Below are positions 50,311-61,095 of a stretch of DNA of 61,095 bases, piece after piece. The notes beneath the pieces were generated by a model. The model was not told the origin of the DNA, ran no database searches, and saw nothing but the letters and a program-made list of their open reading frames with translations. How positions within the stretch are numbered: the first letter of the stretch is position 1; each line of letters starts with the position of its first letter. Both the position numbers and the translations under genes were made by a program. Location: the NCBI RefSeq assembly GCF_016433145.1, contig NC_058135.1:264850776-264911870 (forward strand). Reading direction: 5' to 3'. This DNA is from Gracilinanus agilis (lineage: Eukaryota).

Positions 50311-53148
50311 TGGCCCAACTAGCCAGCCTGCTTCTTTGCTTTAAGATAACGTGGATGAAAAATTCTCAATAAATATTTAATCAAGAACTTACTATTACTC
50401 TAAAGGAATTAATACAACTCCCCAAAGAGTTTAAGATAAGAGAACAGCTGAAATAGTAGGGCAATCTGGCTCATTAAAAGTTTAATAATGATTATAATTA
50501 CAGTGACTATAATCAGATAGAAATTCATTCAATGTTAGCATTTTTTCCAAGATAGTGTACTCTTTCCATGGTTTCAATAATGCCCTATGCAACTTTTAAA
50601 AAAGGAAGAAGATTTCTTAATAACAGAGTCCATTGTGTATCTTGGTGAAGTCCCTAAATGTGACATTAATCTTTAATGTTCTGATGGCTTCTTTCATTTC
50701 CCATCAAGCTATTTCTGTTGTCACAGGGAGGAGTCAATAGGTAATGGTGAAGAGATCTTCTAATTTGTGCCTCTTTAGAATTGAAATGAATGTTTACTAT
50801 AAAAAATAAATCTCAAATTTACTATATTAAAAGAGTAATTTTTTTCAGTTGTCTTTTACTTGTTATAGATCACCAGAATCACCAGACTCCAGTCTTTGCA
50901 AGGAAAAACTAGTAAAATGGTATCTTCCATTGAGGTCATTTGCAGTTAAAGAAATGGAATTGAGGAAAGAGTTTTGAAAGTCATTAAGTGTGCTATAATG
51001 GCAGAAAATTCATCTTCAGAGAAGTAAGAACATTTACAAAGAAAAGCACAACATACACACANNNNNNNNNNNNNNNNNNNNNNNNNNNNNNNNNNNNNNN
51101 NNNNNNNNNNNNNNNNNNNNNNNNNNNNNNNNNNNNNNNNNNNNNNNNNNNNNNNNNNNNNNNTTGAACTCTCACATTCTATAAATTATTTTAAAGTTTT
51201 CCCTAGCTTTGGCCTTCTATATTTTCTAACATAACATATCTTATAATACCATTAACTTATGCTCAATATAGCTTTCTAGCTTTGGTATTGTGTGTTTTGT
51301 GATTTTACTTGTGAAATTTCTGATGCTAAATCCACTTGAATTAGAGATTATGTGGAGAGAATGCTAGGCATGGAATCAGGAAGACATGAACCCAAATCTG
51401 CCCTCAGACACTTTATTTGTGTGACCCTGGGCAAGGCTTTATCCTTTTGGTCTCAGTTTCTTCCTCTGTAAAAGAAGTTGGAGAAGGAAATAGGAAACTA
51501 CTCTAGTATCTTTGCAAAGAAAATCTCAAATGGGGTCACAGAATCAGATATGATTATACTAACTAGACAACAAAAAGGAAAAGGAGGAGTGAGTGGTTAT
51601 GTTTAATATTAAAGGGTATTTGAATGGTTTCATTATAAGAAGGAGAAAGTTCTAAGAGAAAATCCAGTCGTTTTAAACAACCACATCCAAATACCCAGTT
51701 TGACCCTTGATAATTTCATTAGCTTTCTGTACAAATTGGCATGACCAAAATGATTATTTTTACTCTCTGTTTAAAACCAGTACTTTTTTCAATAGGCTAC
51801 TTAATATAGAAATAAACATCTTACCCAGTACCCCAGTACAAGTGCCCCTTCTGACCTCCTTTAAAGAATATTTGAGTTTAGGGGCAGCAAGGTGGCTCAA
51901 TGGATAGAGATCCAATCCCAGAAATGGGAAGTTCTAGGTTCATATCTGGCCTCGGCCATTCCCTAACTCTATGACCCTGGGGAAGTCTCTTAATTCTCAT
52001 TGCCTATTCCTAACCACTCTCTGCTTTAGAAAACCAATACATATTATTCTAAATGGAAAAGTTTAAAAAGAAAAGAATATGTTCTAGCATAGCAGTTTTT
52101 TTTAAATTAAAAAATGGTTAAACCCTTATCTTCTGTCTTAGAAATAATACTAAGTATTAGTTTCAAGGCAGAAGAGTGGTAAGAGGTAAGCAACTGATTG
52201 AGCAAGTTTCTGAGGTCACATTTGAACCCAGGAACTCCCATGCCTGTCTCTCAATTCACTAAGCCACCTACCTGCTCCTTAGCAAAATAAACTTTAAGTT
52301 AATGTTAGGTAAATGCCCATTTTCCTAAAATATATTCGAAACTTACTTTGATCAACATTTTACGATATAAATTATATCAATGAGTCAATCAGTCAAAACT
52401 TATTAGGCACCCACTATGTACAAAGAGAAAACTGGAGCCAGTCTGTAGCCTCATGATTACTTAAGAGACTACTATATAGGCAACAGAACTAAGAACTAGA
52501 AGAAAATACTGAGTTCATCAATCCTTAGATATTTCAGATGACCAATTAGCTTCTTGGGGAGAAGAAATGCTTCAAGTTCACAAACTAACTGTTGTCAGAG
52601 ATGTGGATAGATATCTTATCACATGGCTCCCTTATCAAATGTCCCTGGATCCCAGGTCATTCTCTGTTGTTAGGTATACTTTGTTCTGGGGATGGAGGGA
52701 GAGAGAGAGTCTTAATGCCTGCCTCAATTTGTCTCTATGGCATCAGCCTTCTTTCACATGCTCACCCTTCAATAACTAAGACAATCATCCTGTCCTCCTC
52801 ACTCTTCTCTTTTCCAGGATAAATATGACAATTTCCTTCAACTGATCTGGATTTGACATGATCCAAAGGCTTGTCAGTATCTTGATTCTTCTCCTATCCC
52901 TCTTCCATGGATTATTGTCTCCTTTCTAAAATGTGCAACACAGAACACAATTCCTCAAGCATGTTCCGACCAGTTCAAAACAGCATGGAATTATCATTTG
53001 CTTAGCTCTGGATAGTGTAATTGTCAATGGAATCTTGGAATTGATTCCTTCTCCCACCTCTGTCAATTAAAAAAAATTCTGTAGGACACAATTTGACTCA
53101 GTTTTATCTGGTAAACTTTTAAAACCCTTAGATTCCTCCCCACCCCAA

Positions 53149-53206
<58 letters not shown>

Positions 53207-55554
53207 CCTATTCTGAACATAAAAGCCTGATTTCTTGAATCTGAGTATAAACCTTTACATTGGTCCTGATTAAACTGGATCATATTAAATTTGGCCCAAC
53301 TAGCCAGCCTGCTTCTTTGCTTTAAGATAACGTGGATGAAAAATTCTCAATAAATATTTAATCAAGAACTTACTATTACTCTAAAGGAATTAATACAACT
53401 CCCCAAAGAGTTTAAGATAAGAGAACAGCTGAAATAGTAGGGCAATCTGGCTCATTAAAAGTTTAATAATGATTATAATTACAGTGACTATAATCAGATA
53501 GAAATTCATTCAATGTTAGCATTTTTTCCAAGATAGTGTACTCTTTCCATGGTTTCAATAATGCCCTATGCAACTTTTAAAAAAGGAAGAAGATTTCTTA
53601 ATAACAGAGTCCATTGTGTATCTTGGTGAAGTCCCTAAATGTGACATTAATCTTTAATGTTCTGATGGCTTCTTTCATTTCCCATCAAGCTATTTCTGTT
53701 GTCACAGGGAGGAGTCAATAGGTAATGGTGAAGAGATCTTCTAATTTGTGCCTCTTTAGAATTGAAATGAATGTTTACTATAAAAAATAAATCTCAAATT
53801 TACTATATTAAAAGAGTAATTTTTTTCAGTTGTCTTTTACTTGTTATAGATCACCAGAATCACCAGACTCCAGTCTTTGCAAGGAAAAACTAGTAAAATG
53901 GTATCTTCCATTGAGGTCATTTGCAGTTAAAGAAATGGAATTGAGGAAAGAGTTTTGAAAGTCATTAAGTGTGCTATAATGGCAGAAAATTCATCTTCAG
54001 AGAAGTAAGAACATTTACAAAGAAAAGCACAACATACACACACACCCAAACAAACAAACAAATACTTAATTTTTTTTCTAGATTATCAACCCCAAATAAT
54101 TAAATTCATTCTGAGATTAATATGCTGATTATTTTGAGACAAACTACTTGTGTTAGGTAGGTTATATTCTTCTTAAGGATATCAATGTCTTTGATTTACC
54201 CCAAATACTAATACAAACATGTACATACATACATATATACACAGAAAGGAAAGCATCAGCATCTCTGTAAGTGCATCACGATTTGTTACAGATATGCCTT
54301 AGCAACAGGTGTAGTCCAGGAAGAGACATACTCATGCTTTCATTCCACTACTTAGTAAATACAGACTTTAAAAGTTTTCTTTGATGCCATTGTAATATGA
54401 AGAGATCTTGGGAAAAAATGGTCAATTCATTAAATGCTTTCCAAAAGCAACATTTATTTGGTGTCCAGGGTTTGCTTAGTGAGCAATGTATTGCACTTCA
54501 TCGATCCAATAATAATAATAATAAGCCATGTTGAAAAAGACTGGTGAAGAAAAGGGAAAGTGAGTTCAGGGGAACTAAGAAAACAATGTCATGCAAGATA
54601 CAAGTATGTGAGCTTATTCAATTCAACAATCATTAGGCACCTACTATGTGTCCAACAGTATTATGGGCAAAGGAGATATGCCCCGTCCTTTTGGAACATA
54701 CAACAAATTTGTAGTTGAGAGGATAGATGTGTACACTGATAGGTAAGGAGAGANNNNNNNNNNNNNNNNNNNNNNNNNNNNNNNNNNNNNNNNNNNNNNN
54801 NNNNNNNNNNNNNNNNNNNNNNNNNNNNNNNNNNNNNNNNNNNNNNNNNNNNNNNNNNNNNNNNNNNNNNNNNNNNNNNNNNNNNNNNNNNNNNNNNNNN
54901 NNNNNNNNNNNNNNNNNNNNNNNNNNNNNNNNNNNNNNNNNNNNNNNNNNNNNNNNNNNNNNNNNNNNNNNNNNNNNNNNNNNGTAATTTATTTTCTAAG
55001 GAGCCAAGTGCCTATATCTTTCAAAATATCCTAGGAAAGGGATCAGAAAATCCATGAATAGTAGGTAGTATTAGAGTTGAACCCGGAAGAGAATTAGAGA
55101 TTCTAAGAAGAATAGGAGAGGAACCAGAGTTTTCCAGGTTTCAGGTAACAGCCAGTTTAAAGACATGGAGCTTGAGATCTATGAAAAAATACACTAATGC
55201 TACTTAGACTTGAACACTGAATAAGAGGGTTAATTATATGGGAAAAACCTGTAAAGATAGACTGAAGTAGGTTTTTAAAGAGCTTTAAATGTCAAGCTTA
55301 GAAAATGTGTTTTTCATCTAGAGTAATCAAATCTTTAGTGTAGGAGAATGGCTTGATCTGACCTGTTTGTTGGAATCAGATTAATTTCTTCTCCCCTATC
55401 ATTCAATTACATCCCAAACCCCAATGAGGCTTCCTTAAACATATGAAAGCAAAGGTTTTAATAAGCCAAAATTTGAATTATTTTTTGGGGGGAATATATC
55501 AAGCATATCATTTCATTCAATGGTCAACATAACATCACAGAAAAGGCAATAACA

Positions 55555-55742
55555 GGGGGCAGCTGGGTAGGTCAGTGGATTGAGAGTCAGGCCTAGAGAC
55601 AAGGGTCCTAGGTTCAAATCTAGCCTTAGACAGTTCCCAGCTGTGTGACCTTGGGCAAGTCACTTGACCCCCAATTGCCCACCCTTACCACTTTTCCACC
55701 TAGAAGCCAATACACAGAAGTTAAGGGTTTAAAAATGTAAAA

Positions 55743-55803
<61 letters not shown>
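55555..55803 (+). mobile_element. SINE1_Mdo-type SINE with (GAAA)n tail and 16-bp TSD
   Basis: Head GGGGGCAGCTGGGTAGGTCAGTGG. TSD AGAAAAGGCAATAACA at 55539-55554 and 55804-55819. Confidence 0.95.
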
Positions 55804-55806
<3 letters not shown>

Positions 55807-57329
55807 AAAGGCAATAACATTTGGAAGATCTAAATTTGATTCCTGGCTCTACCTCTTATTAACAGTTCCTAGATTCTACAGGTTCAAACTCAAAGTTATG
55901 GTTTAGATTCAGAGAAACAGTTTTAAACTTTATGTCAGGAATTTTTTAAAGGTTCTGAAAATTACAGCTGTCCAGAAGAAAAATAGATTGCCTTACGGAG
56001 AAATTGTGTTCACATACAGGTTGGACTAGATTACCTCTGAGGTTTTTCTAATTCAGAGATTCTTTGATTCTGTAATGAAAGAATCATTTTGTAACATGAA
56101 GGACCTAAAATAATTTATCTTTAAAGTCTCCTCCAGCTCAGTTACTCTGTGACTCTGAGAAAATGGGTGAACATAGCAGTCAAGGTCTTCAGAGCGTAAT
56201 TACATGTTTATTTAGAATAAATCCCCCCCAAAAAGGTAATGGCTTAAACCTCCTAAGACTTGATTATTTTCTCCCAAGCTTGGATATATTGGTTCTCTTT
56301 CTATACTAATAGTACTGGCAAAATTGTAGCATCTTTTACAGAGATGTAGAAAACACATTTTGCATTAATTCATTTTTTATATAGGAACCACATGTCAAAG
56401 ACTTAAAAAAATCAGAATTGGAAGTGAACTCAAGGGAATATATACTATAGCCAAAATTTAGAAAATAATTCCTTCAATAAAAAGAACAATTCTGCCTTTG
56501 CTTAAAGTCCTTCCATTAAGAGAGAATCTATAACCTCTCAAGGTAACCAGTTTCACTGTGGAATAGCTGAAATTATTAGAAATTTTGTTATTTTCCCCTG
56601 CTATAAAGCCCAATTTGACCTTTTTATATCTTTCAGAGATAAACAAATTGCTCCTTCAACTTCTTTATTATTTTCCAGGCCAAGATGTGTGCTATCTTTC
56701 TCATACCACTATAAAGCTAGTTGAGGGTAAGGATTGTCTTTCTTTTCCCTATTAGTATCCTCTGCACTCAACACTTCCTTTTTAGCCTTCTTGTGCCCTC
56801 TGGTCCTGTTAGTCCAGCTGTCCAAAGTACCTTGCCTAAACTCAGCTGCTCTCTTGGCTGGGCTGTGGATATGGAGAGAGTTGCTGTTGGATTTTTTCAT
56901 TCAATAAATTGGTGGTTTCTTAAAAAGCAAACAAACAAAAAACAGTGCCTGAAACATGATAGGTAATTAATAAAAGTTTAATGACTACTGGCTATCTACT
57001 CCATGAGATATTCTTTGTCCACCATGCCAAGAATGCTTTCCTTCTTCCATTCCATCTACTGACTTCCCCATCTTCCTTTAGGTTTCAACTAAAATTCCAT
57101 TTGCTACAGGAAATAGAACCCTAACACGTCAATTCCAGGGTTTTCTCTCTTTAAACTATATCTTGTTTTATCTTGTATAGAGCTTTCTTTGTACATATTG
57201 TTTGCATGTTGTTTCTCCCATCAGATTATGAGTTTCTTGTGGAAAGGGACTTTTTCCTCCTTTTCTGTCCATAATGCTTAACTTGGTGGCTAGCACATAG
57301 ATGGTGCTTAATGAATATTGATTGCTTCA

Positions 57330-57535
57330 TAAGAGGCAAAATAGGAAAAGTTCATTACTCTTTCATGTGACAACCCTTTATAGATTTGTAAATAGGTATC
57401 AATATTCCCTTAAGTCTTTTATTTCTATGCTGAAGGCCCCCATTTCCTTAAAAAAAATACTCATTGTCCATGAACTCAAGGCTTTTTACCATTCTGGTTG
57501 CCCTATTCTAAATATTCTCCAGTACTGAATGGCAC
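57330..57535 (-). mobile_element. CR1/L3 fragment
   Basis: 'ccttatagatttgtaaatag..cccttaagtctttt..ttttaccattctggttgccctatt..tattctccag' is antisense CR1 sequence. Confidence 0.55.
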
Positions 57536-57689
57536 CATAGCATATGTAATAAGCATTAGATAAGGCTCAAACCCATAGTCCTTTGCCCCCAAATACAGTA
57601 TTTTCTTCCCTTTCTACCTACTTAGTCAACTAGTTGAACAGAGCATTTTAAAAAAATCTGACTGTATAAAAATGTATTAATCTCGTTCG

Positions 57690-57910
57690 TATATTTTCTG
57701 TGTTTCTTTTGGAAGATATACTCCTAAATACTTTATTGCATATTTAATTTAATGGGTTATTGCTTACTATCTCTTGTAGAACAAGTTACTTGTTAACTTA
57801 GTAACTATCAACTACCTGTTAATAAAAAATAGAAATGCTCATTATTTGTGTGGTTTTACTTTATAATTTGCTACTTTGCTAAAATTATTGATAGTTTCGA
57901 TTATTTTTAA
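57690..57910 (-). mobile_element. Old L1 ORF2 fragment
   Basis: 'ctttgctaaaattattgatagtttc' and 'gaaatgctcattatttgtgtgg' parallel the L1 at ~18660-18740. Confidence 0.55.
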
Positions 57911-58257
57911 GTGAATCAGAAAACTGATTACTAGTGATGTGACAATAAGCAAGACTATTATAATATAAGTACTCTTTAGTACTACTTAGATCTCAGTTCC
58001 CTTTCATATAAAGTGGTAATCCAGATGCTCATATTCTGTGCCTCAGAGGGTTGATGGCAGTTAAAGATGTTAGATAATGACTTTATCATAAAAGGATCAT
58101 TTGAAGACCGTAACCTAATCAGAAACTTACATCCAAGTATTGAAGCAAGCATTGGCATCACTTACATTTGGCATCTTGACTATATAATTTCTCCTTTGGG
58201 AACCTTCATTTCCTCATTGATAAAGGATGATAATTTGACTTAAAAACAGAATGCTGA

Positions 58258-58457
58258 GGGCAGCTGGGTGGCAGAGTGGATTGAAAGCCAGGCCCAGAAA
58301 CGGGAGGTCTTAGGTTCAAATCTGACCTCAGACACCTCCTAGCTGTGTGATCCTGGCCAAGTTACTTAACTCTCATTGTCTAGCTCTTGCCTTTCTTCTG
58401 CTTTAGAACCAATACATAGTATTGATACTAAGATGGAAGGTAAAGGTTTAAAAAATA
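58258..58457 (+). mobile_element. Opossum SINE (SINE2-type)
   Basis: 'gggcagctgggtggcagagtggattgaaagccaggccc..ggttcaaatctgacctcagacac..gaaggtaaaggtttaaaaaa'. Confidence 0.88.
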
Positions 58458-58949
58458 TAGAATCCAAAGATCGGATCACCTCTGAGTTCCTATCCTACGC
58501 ACATAATTTTTTTAAAAAATATTTTCATAACACTCAATAATGCCTTATAGCCTTTTTATAGCCTTGACATTTCAGTCTTTTATTTATTTATTATTTATCA
58601 TATCCTTTATTATATGGTTCCTACTAACACTTACATTTTGTGACCTGAATCTTTTAGAGACCAAGTGACCAAACTGCAACCCTTGTACCACCTGTGAACC
58701 ATCCCATTCCCCTAGACTACAGGGAAGAAGTTCTCCCTTTGGGCTTCTGAGCAGAGAGGCAGGTGATGTGAGAAATGTCTTCAGGAACAGAGGAGTAGGG
58801 GAGGGGAGCAGACCCCTCTGGCACACACGCCATAGGTTTGCCAACATGGTTCTAGGGTATCTCCATCTCTGCTATTCATATTGTTCTAAGCTTCCTTCCA
58901 GCTCAGATATTGCACTTTCTAACATTCCTTTCAATTCTGACAGTTAATG

Positions 58950-59150
58950 ATCATTTTTTAAAATCTTACCTTCTAACTTAGAATCAATATTATATATTGG
59001 TTCTAAGACAGAAGAGAGGTAAGGGCTAAGCAATGGGGGTTAAGTGACTTGTCCAGGGTCATATAGGTAGGAAGTATGGAAGGTCAAATTTGAACCTAGG
59101 ACTTCCCATCCCTAAGCTGGCTTTCAATCCACTGATCCACAGAGCTGCAC
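58950..59150 (-). mobile_element. Opossum SINE (SINE2-type)
   Basis: T tail, then 'cttaccttctaacttagaatcaat..gtaagggctaagcaatgggggttaagtgacttg..aatttgaacctaggac'. Confidence 0.88.
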
Positions 59151-59664
59151 TGCTTAATGATTCTTTCAAATGACTCTCCAACTTTCTCTCGTCCTTTCAA
59201 AATACTTTGGATTTGGACTCAGAGTTAGCAATTCAAACTTCAATGGCAGGTGTAGGAATATAGCATTTTCTTTCTCATGAGTTAATTTTCCCTTCAATTT
59301 GTTACTATTGGAAGAATTGCACTAAAAGTGAATCCTTCTCTTTATGAAATGGAGTTACTCTGGAATATTTCTGATCTGCTCAGACTATGGCAACTCATAT
59401 CATTTAGGAGGACACAATGGGCAATGATGCTTTAACAGCACACATACATGAAGCTAATGACTCATGCCTTGGAAGAGACTCTTTCCTGGGAAATTTCCAG
59501 GTAAATGACAAAAAATAAAATAAAGCCCAATACGAATTTCCATGCAAGTGAACATCAGTAATGGATATGGACGTCGTAGTGGTTTATTGCTTAAATAACA
59601 TGACGGTAGCAGGTGCCTGCATTCCTGATACATTGTTCTGAGACCTCCAATCGAATAGAAACTT

Positions 59665-60055
59665 TTACAGTATCATAGAATTTTAGAGGTGAAAGAGACT
59701 TCAGCAGTTATTTCGTTCCATACATACCCATAAAGGAATTCCCAGTCTGACACTTTGGACAAGTGGTCATTAAACCTCTTTTTGAAGAGCTCCACTGAGA
59801 ATCACCTATCCCTCTGCTATCTTGTTTCTCTTTTAGTTGACTAATTGTTAGGAAGATGAGTTTCTTTTTTGTTATCATTTTACATCAAGCCTAGATCTGT
59901 TTTATTTCCACTTCTACTACTTACTCCTGGTTTTACCCTCTGGGGCCAAGCAGATCAAGTCTAATCCCTGTTTCCCAAGACAATCCCTCAAGTACTTCAA
60001 GACAGCTATCTTGTTACCCCAGAGTCTTTCCTTCTGGAGGCTAAAACATCCCTTA
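59665..60055 (-). mobile_element. CR1/L3 LINE 3' end
   Basis: 'atcatagaattttagag..gaaagagact..agtggtca..aaacctc..ctaattgttaggaag..ctctggggccaagcaga.caagtctaatcc' is the typical antisense CR1 3' terminus. Confidence 0.7.
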
Positions 60056-61095
60056 GTTTAGCTTTTGGTGACATTCAAATGTCTTCTTAATGAGCAGCTC
60101 CAGGATTCTATACTGGAATGTCTAGGGAGGCAGGAGCACGTCTGCGGGTTTGCAATACTTTGTTTGCAGAGGGATTTTCAGAAGGCTTTGGCTAATTGAA
60201 ACAACTGTTGAAAATTTACTTGGCATTTTTCTTTCTCAATATTTTCAGCCCTGATGAAAATGTTTCATCTCTGAGATGCTTCTCTACTGAGATCTGGCTA
60301 CTGAGACCGTGAATAATGTATGTGCCCTACTTTATCCAACATTCCCAGGGAGATACTGCCTGGAACCCACTTAAGCAAACACACCCACTGTTTCCTGGCT
60401 TCACGGGTTGATTCTTGACTTCAACCCTTTGTGCAGGGTAGTTGGGCAAAAATTTTGACTCCCCTGTGTAGTTCACCCTCGCTCTTTCTTTTTGGAAATT
60501 AATGATAGGATTATAGAATTAGTCATAGAAATGAGCTTAGACTCCATCTATTCCAACTCCATTTTACAACAGAGGAAACCATGACAAAGAATGGTGATGT
60601 GTCTAGCCCAGGGTTTATTGTAAAGAACCATTGTTGAAGAGTCAGAAGACTTGTGTTCAATTCCTTTATCTTTCATTATTCTTCTAACCTAGTTTCTGAT
60701 TTCCTCTGGACTTCAAAACCATGCTTTCTCTCTACTGCTGACTCACCTTGGAATTAACCTCAGTATTTGGAGTCTCCATATACATATATATGTATATATA
60801 CATATATATACACACATAATATATGTATATATATAAATATATACATATATTTATATTTAATCTGTAGTTGAAAAAGATCCCCACATTCATTAACTAGTCT
60901 CTTCACAAAGAGCTTCAGTGAGGGGCAACCCTATCCCTCATTAGGCAACGCATTCTTCTAGGATGATTTTATAGGCATAATTTTGACAGTTTTAAGTATT
61001 AGGAATTTTTCCCTACCCTTGCTTTGGTTGCCTCTTTTTTAATTTTCATCTGTTCCTCTTCTATGATGAAATAAATATATATATATGTACTATAT

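Larger units (their letters stand above)
48183..54042 (+). repeat. Near-identical 2.88-kb tandem duplication (48183-51061 and 51164-54042) across a 102-N gap; probable assembly artefact
   Basis: Constant offset of 2981 bp, confirmed by track ORF pairs 48726/51707 and 49586/52567. I saw only one difference (A48901 vs G51882). Confidence 0.92.

Noticed and set aside
48726-52822. Paired identical ORFs suggesting a duplicated gene family
   Set aside because: They are short chance ORFs in repeat-derived DNA, duplicated by the probable assembly artefact.
1-61095. CRISPR arrays, operons, prokaryotic or phage systems, CpG island
   Set aside because: The sequence is marsupial genomic DNA. There are no regularly spaced repeat-spacer units, no gene-dense coding blocks and no extended CpG-rich region.

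Overview
This is eukaryotic, AT-rich, CpG-depleted, repeat-dense DNA, almost certainly from a marsupial. Young SINEs matching the opossum SINE1_Mdo/SINE2-type families point to a didelphid opossum; MAR1/MIR, L1, L2, CR1/L3, RTE-related, ERV LTR and hAT/Tigger elements are also present. I recognise no protein-coding gene, tRNA, rRNA, miRNA or CRISPR array. Long ORFs in the track come from microsatellites, N-gaps, L1 decay or chance. The window looks like a large intron or gene desert with many repeat-free islands that resemble enhancers or conserved non-coding elements, although conservation cannot be seen without alignments. It is a short-read-style draft with six N-gaps and a 2.88-kb near-identical tandem duplication across one gap, most likely an uncollapsed haplotype. 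The most interesting signals are: (1) two copies of a ~195-bp hAT/Charlie MITE, each carrying a near-consensus CTCF core, in divergent orientation 35 kb apart; (2) well-formed, CpG-retaining plus-strand splice units at 22-26.5 kb, suggesting an unannotated spliced transcript with a possible 64-aa signal-peptide-like microprotein; (3) an L1 whose 5'UTR/ORF1 start is joined directly to the ORF2 3' end; (4) a cluster of solo LTRs at 36.9-39.6 kb. Repeat family names are recalled from consensus sequences and were not searched.
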